Positions 44,862 to 53,756 of a stretch of 58,541 nucleotides of DNA are shown piece by piece (position 1 is the first letter of the stretch; each line of letters starts with the position of its first letter). Both the position numbers and the translations under genes were made by a program. The notes under the pieces are model-generated. The model ran no database searches and was not told the DNA's origin. It was given only the letters and a program-made list of their open reading frames with translations. This DNA is from a bacterium. GTDB lineage: Bacteria > Patescibacteriota > CG2-30-54-11 > JBAXVQ01. Location: assembly GCA_037128935.1 (NCBI GenBank), contig JBAXVQ010000004.1:1-58541 (forward strand). The letters run 5' to 3'.

Positions 44862-45632
44862 ATGGTACTTGAACTTATTGATTTGTCATTGGTTATTGCT
44901 GTTATAGTGGTCTTTGTGTTGCTATTTGTTGTGCTGGTGATGTTGAAGCGTCAACGGAAGTCTTTTGCTAACGCTTTAAAAGCTGAGTTGGAAAAAGATG
45001 CAGGACCTGAAGTCCCCTATGAACAAGTAAGCTTGGATACTTTGCAAGCTGTAATAAAACCTGAATCCGAGGATCAACCTCAACAGTTTATCGAACAACG
45101 GTACAAGATTTTTTCTAAACCAAATACTCAAGTCACTTTTAATGTTTTGGTCGATGATCAACCAGTTGCTACTGTGAAACCTGGATTTTTTTCATACACT
45201 TTTAACGAATCTGGTGACCACACGATAAAAGCTACTGTTGTTCAGCATCCAGCTGCAACTGTTGAGATAACTGTTTCTGTCGAAGCAATCGATCTTTCTA
45301 AAGTTCAACTTGGTTTGTTTAAGTCTGATCGAACTTATCGAACTGAAGTAGGATCAAACGATACGTATAATCTAGAACTTTATCCTGATCTTCCTCTGAA
45401 AGTAAACATCTATGCTGATGAAAAGTACTATGTTCAGGTTGATGGAACGGATTCTTTTCAATGCTCTTTTTCTGAGGCAGGTGAGCATTCACTTTATGCG
45501 GCGCTAGATCTCGATCAGAATGTGTACACAGATTATGTGAGGATCAATGTGGTTGATACCAGCTCGCAAGATACAGGGTCTTATGCAAGTCACGATACGT
45601 ATGGAAGCGATGATAGTGGGGATAATTATTAA
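44862..45632 (+). CDS. N-terminally anchored protein with two internal Ig-like repeats
   Basis: 256 aa. TM segment LSLVIAVIVVFVLLFVVLVML. Repeats: FNVLVDDQPVATVKPGFFSYTFNESGDHTIKATV and VNIYADEKYYVQVDGTDSFQCSFSEAGEHSLYAAL. Confidence 0.55.
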   Translation: MVLELIDLSLVIAVIVVFVLLFVVLVMLKRQRKSFANALKAELEKDAGPEVPYEQVSLDTLQAVIKPESEDQPQQFIEQRYKIFSKPNTQVTFNVLVDDQPVATVKPGFFSYTFNESGDHTIKATVVQHPAATVEITVSVEAIDLSKVQLGLFKSDRTYRTEVGSNDTYNLELYPDLPLKVNIYADEKYYVQVDGTDSFQCSFSEAGEHSLYAALDLDQNVYTDYVRINVVDTSSQDTGSYASHDTYGSDDSGDNY

Positions 45633-45636
45633 GTTG

Positions 45637-45963
45637 TTAGATTGTAACTGTTGGTGGATTGTTTTGTGAATGGTCTTGTTGAGGAATGCCTTCGATTGGC
45701 TGTTGCTGTATACTCTTTCTTTTCTCTTGCTCAAGCTTTTTTTCCATGCTCAACCTGTAGAGTAAATACCCTATTACAAGAACCAGTAGAGTCGGTAGAA
45801 TGTATACCAGCATTTGCCACAGCCACCCAAGTGTAAAAAAGGCAATCTTAAGTAGAGCCAGTAAAACAAATAGACCGACAAATATGCCCGCAAAAATTAG
45901 TATGATGAGAAAAATGTTTCTTTCGGGTTTTTGATCATCGTCGTTGTAGGTTCTGGGGAGCAT
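45637..45963 (-). CDS. Small membrane protein (3 TM segments)
   Basis: 108 aa. Hydrophobic core with a Gln-rich tail. Confidence 0.5.
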   Translation of the reverse strand: MLPRTYNDDDQKPERNIFLIILIFAGIFVGLFVLLALLKIAFFTLGWLWQMLVYILPTLLVLVIGYLLYRLSMEKKLEQEKRKSIQQQPIEGIPQQDHSQNNPPTVTI

Positions 45964-45989
45964 TTGAAATCCTTTGTAATTGTTTTGAG

Positions 45990-46235
45990 TTATCTTGCAC
46001 CTACGAAATAGCTGTCACTTCCTGACCAGTACACTACTGGAAAGCTGCTTCTTGTAACTGTCTCGATCACCATCACAGCCAGAGGTTCATATTCATAGAA
46101 TGTGTGGTAATATCCCTGCTCATCCGGTGCCGTGGCACACGTGTAACCTGGAACTCCACAGGTTACTTTAACCGGTAGCTGCCCAATGATTACTACGATG
46201 ATAACTATAATAATGGCAACTTTTTTTGTGCGCAT
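45990..46235 (-). CDS. Small exported or membrane-anchored protein
   Basis: 81 aa. N-terminal MRTKKVAIIIVIIVVIIGQLPV anchor. Confidence 0.45.
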   Translation of the reverse strand: MRTKKVAIIIVIIVVIIGQLPVKVTCGVPGYTCATAPDEQGYYHTFYEYEPLAVMVIETVTRSSFPVVYWSGSDSYFVGAR

Positions 46236-46380
46236 AGGTTCAACTTTGTATTCTCTGTTGTATTTTATCCCGTGTTACTCGCAAACCGCAATATAATTCA
46301 TACGTTTTGTGCATTGTATTGCAAATTGATACAGCAGGTATATACTAGTCTTCATAAGTAACGTAAACACAAGGTGTTTT

Positions 46381-47583
46381 ATGAAAAAAACTCTTATTGT
46401 ATCTGTGCTTCTTTCTGTGCTCATTACCTTTTTACTCACTGTACCTCTTACAACAGCGGCAACTTATTATTTCTTAAAGAACCTGCCAAATACAAAAAAT
46501 GTGGTCGATACGGCTACAGAAAATAAAACTGTTCAGGTGCTTAACGAGCAATCAGCAACAGTGGATGCTGTAAAAAAAACAGAGCCAGCTGTAGTAAGCG
46601 TGATTATTACGAAAGATCTTCCCGTGATGGAGCAATATTGGGACAGTCCTTTTGGATCTAATGATCCTTTCTATAACTTCCAGGTGCCAAGATATCGCCA
46701 AAATGGTACTCAAAAGCAAACAATCGGTGGTGGAACAGCTTTTTTTATTACTGCAGATGGTATGTTGCTGACAAACAAGCACGTTGTAAGCGATTCTAGT
46801 GCTGAATATACGGTACTGATGAATGACGAGAGAAAGTTACCGGCAAAAGTTTTGGCACAGGATCCGACAAATGATGTTGCCATTTTAAAAGTTGAAGGAA
46901 CAGGATTTCCTTTCATTCAGATCGCTGATTCTACCACTCTCCAGCTTGGGCAAGGGGTGATCGCTATTGGGAACTCATTAGGTGAGTTTAGAAATACTGT
47001 TAGTACCGGAGTTATTTCTGGTCTTTCAAGAACCATCACTGCTGGTATTCAATCTAGCGGCATGTCTGAGCAATTGTATGAAGTTATTCAGACGGATGCG
47101 GCTATCAACCCTGGGAATTCTGGTGGGCCGTTATTAAACATAGATGGAAGTGTTATTGGCATGAATACTGCGACCTCATCTGAAGGACAGAATATTGGCT
47201 TTGCTATTCCTATTGCTGAAGCAATGAAAGCAGTTGATTCGTATAATAAGAATGGGAAAATTGTCAAAACCTATCTTGGTGTTCGTTATAAATTTGTGAC
47301 AAAAGAGCTTCAGACTGCCAACAAATTACCATACGATTATGGCGTGCTGGTTCTCCGGGGTGAAACAGCAGCTGATGTAGCCGTAATTCCTGGCTCTCCA
47401 GCTGATAAAGCAGGTATTGTTGAAAATGATATTATTCTAGAGATTGATGGTAAGCAGGTTACCCAGGACAGCCCGCTTGCACCGATGATACAGAGACACA
47501 AACCAGGTGATGTTGTAAAACTGAAAGTGTATGACAAGGGACAGGAAAAAGATGTTGATGTTACGTTGGAAGAACAGAAGTAA
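46381..47583 (+). CDS. htrA: HtrA/DegP-family serine protease with one PDZ domain
   Basis: 400 aa. His (TNKHV), Asp (NDVAILKV), Ser (GNSGGPLLN). PDZ segment GSPADKAGIVENDIILEIDGKQV. Putative promoter TTGCAA (46319), 16 nt, TATACT (46341). Confidence 0.9.
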   Translation: MKKTLIVSVLLSVLITFLLTVPLTTAATYYFLKNLPNTKNVVDTATENKTVQVLNEQSATVDAVKKTEPAVVSVIITKDLPVMEQYWDSPFGSNDPFYNFQVPRYRQNGTQKQTIGGGTAFFITADGMLLTNKHVVSDSSAEYTVLMNDERKLPAKVLAQDPTNDVAILKVEGTGFPFIQIADSTTLQLGQGVIAIGNSLGEFRNTVSTGVISGLSRTITAGIQSSGMSEQLYEVIQTDAAINPGNSGGPLLNIDGSVIGMNTATSSEGQNIGFAIPIAEAMKAVDSYNKNGKIVKTYLGVRYKFVTKELQTANKLPYDYGVLVLRGETAADVAVIPGSPADKAGIVENDIILEIDGKQVTQDSPLAPMIQRHKPGDVVKLKVYDKGQEKDVDVTLEEQK

Positions 47584-49414
47584 TTTCCACCTCTCGCAGG
47601 TCTCTCAGAGAGTTGCATATATATATTTTCGTTGCACGAAATAGATCTTGTGGAAATAGTACTTTCTCTTGCAGTTCTCCTTTCTCTAAATAATATTGAC
47701 GGCAAACTCCAGCTAATAACCCTGATTTGATTGGTGGTGTGTATAGCTTCTTTTCGGTTTGAATGATAATGTTTGAAATTGCTCCTTCTGTCACCTCCCC
47801 ATGTTCGTTGGTAAACAGCACTTCTTCAAATCCTAGTGCTTTGTATTTTGCTAGTTCGCTATCGTAGAGTGTTCGGTTTGTGGTTTTGTGATAAAGAAAA
47901 AGATCTGAGGAGTTGACGTTTTGATCAGAAACAATCACCGAAAGTGGTTTAAGTGATTGTTGTGCCTCAAGAATGCTTGATGTAATTGTAATTTCCCCTT
48001 CTTTAGAAAGTAGCAATCGTATCCGATAGTATTCATCAGGAGTAAATAATTTTGCTTTTTTTGCTAATGCCTCTAAAACTGCTTTTTCTTTGAAAGCGAA
48101 ATCAAAATACTGTGCTGAATCTTTTAACCTTGCCAAATGAAGATTAAGTAGAACATACTGCCCGTTCCAAAGTATTGTTTCGATCAATGCAAATTCTTTT
48201 CTAGGTGGATCGGTGAAAAACTTTGCTTTGAGTAGCAGTTCTTCGTATTCTGACTGTGCTTCGGAGTCATGGACTACTCCACCGCCAGTGCCCATCTTTC
48301 CTCTCCCCTGCCCTAATTCAATTGTTCGTATTGCTACATTTAGGCATGCTCGCTGTTTTGGCCCGATGTAGCCAATTGCTCCGCAGTATACTCCGCGATC
48401 TCGTTTTTCAAGATTTGAGATTATTTCCATGGTGCGAATTTTCGGAGCTCCTGTAACCGAGCCGCATGGAAAAAGCGCTTTGAAAAGCGTTTCCCATGAG
48501 GTATCTGTTTTAAGTTTCGCGTTGATGATCGTGGTCATTTGCCACAGTGTGTCGAAGCGTTCGGTGCTGAATAAGTCTCTAACCTTAACTGAACCGTTTT
48601 CAGCAATTTTACCTAGATCGTTTCGCAGGAGATCAACGATCATGATATTCTCAGCATGCGACTTTGGATCCGTCTGAAGCTGCTTTGCAAGATCATTGTC
48701 TTCACTAGTCGTTCTTCCTCGATGGATAGTACCTTTCATTGGTTTTACCTCTATCTCAGCACCACTCCGTCTGAAAAAAAGCTCCGGAGAAAAAGAAAGA
48801 GTCCAATTAGTTCCAAACTTAATTAAGGCGCTGTACGCAACTGTTTGTTTTTGTCTTAATTCGGCAAATAAAGCTAATGGTGATCCTGAGAAATCGAAGT
48901 TGTATTCACTCGTATAATTAACTTGGTATGTGTCGCCATTTTCGAGATGCGACTTTATTTTTTCAAAGTGTTGTTTGTATTGTTCTTGTGATGTCGTCAA
49001 TCTGAGATTTTTTAATGTGTACGCCAGTGTCTTATTCTGTTTTTTGGTTTTAGGTAATTCTGGTGTCCATTGTTTTTTGATGTGATTGAATGTGTAAACC
49101 TGCTGAAATACGCCGATCTGTGCTAAAGGGGATATAAGTTGTCTTGTTTTTTTATTCTGATTTTTTGCATTTAACAACGCCCCTAACTCATAACTCCAAT
49201 ATCCTGCAAGATAGTTAGTGGTGCTAAGAGTTTCTATTTCCTTAAAGAAGTTGGAGACTTCATCTGGTTCATGCACTTCCAACTGCTGAAGAGGTTCTAG
49301 GAAAAGATAACTTTGAAAGTTTTCATCATCAACTTTCCCTGTTTCCAGTAGAATAGCTGTTTCTTGATCTTCCAGAAGTTGTATTAACTCTTCAAAAGGT
49401 AACTTGTTATTCAT
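47561..49414 (-). CDS. pabB: Aminodeoxychorismate synthase component I fused to a class-IV aminotransferase-like aminodeoxychorismate lyase (PabB-PabC fusion)
   Basis: 617 aa. Chorismate-binding domain (RGVYCGAIGYIGP, GTGGGVVHDSEAQSEYEELLLKAKF) followed by a ~210-aa fold-type IV domain (…FLYHKTTNRTLYD…). Confidence 0.82.
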   Translation of the reverse strand: MNNKLPFEELIQLLEDQETAILLETGKVDDENFQSYLFLEPLQQLEVHEPDEVSNFFKEIETLSTTNYLAGYWSYELGALLNAKNQNKKTRQLISPLAQIGVFQQVYTFNHIKKQWTPELPKTKKQNKTLAYTLKNLRLTTSQEQYKQHFEKIKSHLENGDTYQVNYTSEYNFDFSGSPLALFAELRQKQTVAYSALIKFGTNWTLSFSPELFFRRSGAEIEVKPMKGTIHRGRTTSEDNDLAKQLQTDPKSHAENIMIVDLLRNDLGKIAENGSVKVRDLFSTERFDTLWQMTTIINAKLKTDTSWETLFKALFPCGSVTGAPKIRTMEIISNLEKRDRGVYCGAIGYIGPKQRACLNVAIRTIELGQGRGKMGTGGGVVHDSEAQSEYEELLLKAKFFTDPPRKEFALIETILWNGQYVLLNLHLARLKDSAQYFDFAFKEKAVLEALAKKAKLFTPDEYYRIRLLLSKEGEITITSSILEAQQSLKPLSVIVSDQNVNSSDLFLYHKTTNRTLYDSELAKYKALGFEEVLFTNEHGEVTEGAISNIIIQTEKKLYTPPIKSGLLAGVCRQYYLEKGELQEKVLFPQDLFRATKIYICNSLRDLREVEITSVLPT

Positions 49415-49476
49415 TGCTCAAAGTACATTTATGACGCTACCATCACTATACCACCTTGAGACATCTCTTTGGTGTG

Positions 49477-49514
49477 AAAAAAAAACACCATACTAAAAAC
49501 TGAAGTATGGTGTT
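49477..49514 (-). terminator. Rho-independent terminator (second of a tandem pair)
   Basis: Minus strand: AACACCATAC-ttcagttttta-GTATGGTGTT followed by a further T7, giving a continuous T9 run that starts in the stem's last two residues. Confidence 0.7.
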
Positions 49515-49529
49515 GAAGTTTTGTATATT

Positions 49530-49556
49530 AAAAAAGCCACCCGGAGATCGGATGGC
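49530..49556 (-). terminator. Rho-independent terminator directly after the 30-codon ORF
   Basis: Minus strand: GCCATCCG-atctc-CGGGTGGC followed by T6. Confidence 0.65.
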
Positions 49557-49586
49557 TTTTCAGCAAGATCGATCTACTGGGTCTTT

Positions 49587-49679
49587 CTATTTCTTAGCTT
49601 TTTTTACTGCTCTTTTTTCTTTCAATGATTTTGTTGGTTTCTTCTTTTCTTGCTTTTTTGGTTTGCTTTTCTCGGCCAT
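49587..49679 (-). CDS. 30-aa lysine-rich small protein (unannotated mini-gene)
   Basis: Below the ORF-track cutoff. MAEKSKPKKQEKKKPTKSLKEKRAVKKAKK*. AAGGA 10 nt upstream. Possible TTGCAA-17-TACTAT promoter. Two terminators downstream. Confidence 0.4.
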   Translation of the reverse strand: MAEKSKPKKQEKKKPTKSLKEKRAVKKAKK

Positions 49680-49858
49680 GTTGAGGGTTTCCTTTTATGT
49701 TTTACTGACCTACGGTTATAGTAAATTTTATTTTGTAAAGTTGCAAGAACAATTTTTTTTATTTTTTATCTCAATTTTATTGTGCGTTTGACCTGTACTA
49801 TTTACTACAAATTTACACTAAACTGTTATTGTTACAAGAAAGAAATGAGCAACGAATA

Positions 49859-50308
49859 ATGTCAAAATTTAAAACTATTATTAGTCAAACCGAAAAAAAA
49901 CTATTCATACTTCTTTCGATTTATTTAGATTCTTATTTGCGTATTGCTCTAGCTGTTATTTACATTTGGTTTGGTGTTTTAAAACCATTTGGACTTTCCC
50001 CTGCTGATGCTCTTGCGAGAAAGACAATTACGTTTATCCCTGGTACTACCTTCGTCTGGATTTTAGCGTTTTGGGAAATTGCTATCGGAGTTCTTTTTCT
50101 TTTCAAACCGTTGACGAGAATAGCCGTCGTTGTCTTTTTCCTTCATTGTGCTGGAACTTTTCTGCCTCTTGCACTGTTGCCAAACGATACGTTTACCCAT
50201 TTTCCATACGCCTTCACACTTGAGGGGCAATATATTATAAAAAATCTGATGTCGATTGGTGTAGTTTTAGCGATTTGGGTTAGATATGTGCAGTCAAAAA
50301 AAAAGTAG
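49859..50308 (+). CDS. Four-TM membrane protein, unknown function
   Basis: Start taken at MSKFKTII. Hydrophobic helices throughout. Confidence 0.5.
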   Translation: MSKFKTIISQTEKKLFILLSIYLDSYLRIALAVIYIWFGVLKPFGLSPADALARKTITFIPGTTFVWILAFWEIAIGVLFLFKPLTRIAVVVFFLHCAGTFLPLALLPNDTFTHFPYAFTLEGQYIIKNLMSIGVVLAIWVRYVQSKKK

Positions 50309-50404
50309 CACAGCTTATCATTACTATTTTTTTCTACTTTTCAATTTTTTCTTTCTTTAGAATGTTGCTATACTTTTGGGCGAGTAAACCAATATTTATC
50401 ACTT

Positions 50405-51163
50405 ATGTCACAAACAACAACACAAAGTGCATCTCATCCCACTCTTACACAACGTATTGACGCTTGGTGGCTTACTTCTTTACTTATTTTGGTGGGTGGG
50501 TTGTTCGCTGTAGCGTACTTAACTTGGGCAGCGGTAATCGGGGTTAATTATGAATGGGGGCCATATGTTTCTCCTATTTACTCAACTCCTTTTATCCCTT
50601 CTTGGTGGAAACTTTCTCCGGCATTTATTCTTTTGTGGATTCCGGCTGGTTTTAGATTAACTTGTTACTACGGACGAAAAGCGTATTATAGAGCAGCTTT
50701 TGCAGATCCAGCTGAGTGTGCGGTGGAAGAACCATATCGAAAAAGCTTTAAGGGTGAGACTGCGTTTCCATTTGTAATGCAAAATCTTCATCGGTATTTT
50801 CTTTATTTTGCGTTGGCTTTAACTGGTCTACATTGGTTTGAGTTTTTTCAGTCTGTGTGGCATGGTGGTGCAATTTATTTTGGTGTAGGGACGGTAATTC
50901 TTTTGCTCGATACTTTGGCTTTAAGTATGTATGTTTTTAGTTGCCACTCTTTTCGCCACATGATTGGTGGTAAAGGTCGATGTTTTACCTGTCAGAAGTT
51001 TGGTAAAGCTAAGTTTAAGGTGTGGGCTAAAGTAACAATACTCAATGAATTTCATGGAAAATGGTTTTGGATCAGTCTGTATTCAATCATTATTGCTGAT
51101 CTATACGTGCGACTTCTCTCGATGGGAATTATTCCTTTTGATCCGCATTTTACTATTTTTTAG
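50405..51163 (+). CDS. Five-TM membrane protein, putative Sdh1-type succinate dehydrogenase membrane anchor (SdhC-like)
   Basis: 252 aa, 5 predicted TM segments. Cys/His cluster SCHSFRHMIGGKGRCFTCQKF. First gene of the operon that contains sdhA and sdhB. Confidence 0.45.
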   Translation: MSQTTTQSASHPTLTQRIDAWWLTSLLILVGGLFAVAYLTWAAVIGVNYEWGPYVSPIYSTPFIPSWWKLSPAFILLWIPAGFRLTCYYGRKAYYRAAFADPAECAVEEPYRKSFKGETAFPFVMQNLHRYFLYFALALTGLHWFEFFQSVWHGGAIYFGVGTVILLLDTLALSMYVFSCHSFRHMIGGKGRCFTCQKFGKAKFKVWAKVTILNEFHGKWFWISLYSIIIADLYVRLLSMGIIPFDPHFTIF

Positions 51164-51171
51164 TTTTTCCA

Positions 51172-51708
51172 ATGAGATATTTACCAGAGCTTTATTATTT
51201 TCAAGATAAGGCAGCGTTTCCTTTTCGTAAGGCTGTGCAGGTTACAGCTTCTGCTGTAACGGAGTTTTGCTCACACTATTCTCTTGAAGTTCTTGCTCCA
51301 AAAGAAAATGGTGACTGGATCCGTATAGGAGAACTTCCCAAAGATAGCGGCAATAAAAAGGAATTTATCGTTACCCAGTTGGAGTGGATTTTCCAGAATT
51401 CCTTTACTGAAGAGCTTTTTCGACTATACCTTGATGACAAACCTATTGAAACAAATGAATCGTTAAAATTTGGTCATCATGATGATACTTGCTGCTGGGA
51501 ACTTTCTCTTAGTGATGATGAGTTTAAGACTTTGCAGAGTGTTTGGGAAAAGCATGCTCTTCCAACTGATTTGTTTTACCCAGAGCATTTGGGTGTATGT
51601 GTGGAAAAAAAGCCAAAAATTTTTCTAGGTAAAGTTTTTTGGAAACTTGGTTTAAGATTTCAGAGATGCTACTCTCCAAAACAATGGGAAATTGCTAGTA
51701 AGCACTAA
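51172..51708 (+). CDS. Unknown-family protein A1 (HxDDTCCW motif), embedded in the sdh operon
   Basis: 178 aa. FGHHDDTCCWELSLSDDEFKTLQSVWEKHALPTDLFYPE … SPKQWEI. Sits 8 nt after the sdhC-like stop. Confidence 0.6.
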   Translation: MRYLPELYYFQDKAAFPFRKAVQVTASAVTEFCSHYSLEVLAPKENGDWIRIGELPKDSGNKKEFIVTQLEWIFQNSFTEELFRLYLDDKPIETNESLKFGHHDDTCCWELSLSDDEFKTLQSVWEKHALPTDLFYPEHLGVCVEKKPKIFLGKVFWKLGLRFQRCYSPKQWEIASKH

Positions 51709-51710
51709 TT

Positions 51711-52262
51711 ATGGACTATTCACCAGAGCTATTTTATTTCTTTGATCAGGAAGGTTTTCCTACACGTAAAGCTGTAACTGTTACTGCTATTGCGGTTGCT
51801 TCATTTTGTTCATATTACTATGCAAATGTTTTTACAATTGGTGATGTCCCCAAAGAAGGAAAACTTCCTCAAGATTCACAAGCACGTGAAAAACTAATCG
51901 AATCCATAATTTCATGGATCTATGGCGATTGTGCTTCTGAATCTGCTTTTGGGTTACACCTCTGGGAAAAACACCCTGATAGTGAAGATAATAGAAAGTT
52001 TGATCATCCTGACGATACGTGTTGTTGGGGATTAGAACTTACTGATTCTGAATTTAAAGCTGTGCAGGATGCATGGGTAAAAAATGACCTTCCTCTAGAT
52101 TTGTTTTATCCTACCGATTCACAGGTTACTATAGAGGTACCAAGAGTGCCACCAACAAATGTAGTGGATTGGTGCTTTCGAAAATTATTTAAAGTTTCTC
52201 CAATGGAAACCAAGAAGTTTTCGCCAAAGCAGTGGGAAATTGAGAAAGGGACAAATTTGTAA
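51711..52262 (+). CDS. Unknown-family protein A2, tandem paralog of A1
   Basis: 183 aa. FDHPDDTCCWGLELTDSEFKAVQDAWVKNDLPLDLFYPT … SPKQWEI. 2-nt gap after A1. Confidence 0.6.
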   Translation: MDYSPELFYFFDQEGFPTRKAVTVTAIAVASFCSYYYANVFTIGDVPKEGKLPQDSQAREKLIESIISWIYGDCASESAFGLHLWEKHPDSEDNRKFDHPDDTCCWGLELTDSEFKAVQDAWVKNDLPLDLFYPTDSQVTIEVPRVPPTNVVDWCFRKLFKVSPMETKKFSPKQWEIEKGTNL

Positions 52263-52263
52263 T

Positions 52264-52728
52264 ATGAGAATTTATAAAAAGACAGAGTATAATCTTATCT
52301 TATTTGTAGTTTTACTTCTAACTGGTTTTGGCAGTATTATTGGTTGTGTTAGTTACAATCCAGTTGCAATTTTTCCACTCCTGATTTTTTTCCTCGCTCT
52401 TGTATCTTTATCTTTTCCACTGCTGCTAGAAGCTGATGATAGTTATCTTTCACTCTCATGGGGTTGGTTTAATTGGCCTAAGAGATCTTTTGCATTGCAG
52501 GACATTGTTGTGTGTGAAGACGCTTCTGTTCCTTTCGATTGGCTGTATTTGAATTTATTTTATGTTTCTATTCCAATTACTAGACTAGACTTCAGAATAT
52601 ACTCGGTCAATTATTGGTCTGGTTATGTGAAATTATCTATGAAAGATGGTAAAACCATTTTTATTGGCACATCATCGTCAAAACGATTGGCTAATGAAAT
52701 TAATAAAAGAATTGTGGCACATAACTAG
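52264..52728 (+). CDS. Unknown-family membrane protein B1 (2 TM segments plus LSWGWFNWPK domain)
   Basis: Start taken at MRIYKK (ATG at 52264). LSLSWGWFNWPKRSFALQDIV … YVKLSMKDGKTIFIGTSSSKRLANEINKRI. Confidence 0.6.
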   Translation: MRIYKKTEYNLILFVVLLLTGFGSIIGCVSYNPVAIFPLLIFFLALVSLSFPLLLEADDSYLSLSWGWFNWPKRSFALQDIVVCEDASVPFDWLYLNLFYVSIPITRLDFRIYSVNYWSGYVKLSMKDGKTIFIGTSSSKRLANEINKRIVAHN

Positions 52729-52766
52729 CGTTTATCTAAACAATAAACTATGAGCGTTATCTAATA

Positions 52767-53246
52767 ATGAGTGATGAAACAATGACTACCTATAAACAAA
52801 CTCAATTTAATTTTTTTACTTTGCTGATACTAGCATTTTTCATTGTTGCTACAATAATTTTGAAGGCTGAATCTGATATACAAACTTTTTTTAGGGGACT
52901 TTTTCTTTTTTATACTTTTTTAGTTTCACTTTTCCCTATGAAAATTGAACTTGATAACAGTTTTGTAAATCTTTCTTGGGGTTGGTTTAATTGGCCAAAG
53001 AAATCTTTTTCTTTACACGATATTGTTACATACGAAGAGTTTTATAAAATTTACTGGCGATTTTTGAGGATTCGTTTTTCTTTTGGTTCTCATTTCATTA
53101 CTAAGCCTAGATTAAAAATTTACGCTATGAACCCATACTACTATGTGAAACTATCAATGAAAGATGGAAAAACAATCTTAGTCGGTACTTTGTCACCAAA
53201 AGAGTTGCTAAGTGAAATACATAAACGGATTGGAGCACCATTATAA
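52767..53246 (+). CDS. Unknown-family membrane protein B2, paralog of B1
   Basis: VNLSWGWFNWPKKSFSLHDIV … YVKLSMKDGKTILVGTLSPKELLSEIHKRI. Confidence 0.6.
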   Translation: MSDETMTTYKQTQFNFFTLLILAFFIVATIILKAESDIQTFFRGLFLFYTFLVSLFPMKIELDNSFVNLSWGWFNWPKKSFSLHDIVTYEEFYKIYWRFLRIRFSFGSHFITKPRLKIYAMNPYYYVKLSMKDGKTILVGTLSPKELLSEIHKRIGAPL

Positions 53247-53720
53247 ATGACAAACCAAGCTTCACATCGTAAATTAGAGAAAAAGATAGATAATTTTGAC
53301 ATGACTACTGTTAAACAAACTCAATTTAGTTTTTTTTATCTGCTAATGCTCTTTTTTTTAATTCTTTCTATTAAAATCTTCAAGCCTGAATCTGATGTTC
53401 AAGATTTTCTTTTTTTCTTTGTTTTTTGTTCAATTGCTCTAACCTTTCTTTCTCCTATGATAATTGAACTTGATAGTAGTGCTTTAAAACTATCATGGGG
53501 TTGGTTTGGGTGGTCGGAGAAATCTTTTTCTTTCCAAGATGTTGCTTCTTGTGAGGAGTTTTATAAGGCCTATTGGGGGGTTGCGATGTTTCACTTTTTT
53601 TACTATTCCTTCCCACTTTTTGAGTCCAATATACGAATTTATAGCCTGAACCCATTTTACTATGTCAAACTAGCTCTGAAAGATGGTAGGACAATTACTT
53701 TGTCGCCCCAAAATTGGTGA
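53247..53720 (+). CDS. Unknown-family membrane protein B3, paralog of B1/B2, with the 3' end frameshifted
   Basis: LKLSWGWFGWSEKSFSFQDV … YVKLALKDGRTITLSPQNW*. The conserved tail KLVNEINKRIGAHT* continues in the +1 frame to 53755. Confidence 0.55.
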   Translation: MTNQASHRKLEKKIDNFDMTTVKQTQFSFFYLLMLFFLILSIKIFKPESDVQDFLFFFVFCSIALTFLSPMIIELDSSALKLSWGWFGWSEKSFSFQDVASCEEFYKAYWGVAMFHFFYYSFPLFESNIRIYSLNPFYYVKLALKDGRTITLSPQNW

Positions 53721-53756
53721 ATGAAATAAACAAACGAATTGGAGCACATACATAAC

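Noticed and set aside
53739-53756. TTG-initiated extension (MEHIHN) of sdhA.
   Set aside because: These codons are the out-of-frame conserved tail of paralog B3. The ATG at 53757 directly precedes the FAD-binding fold.
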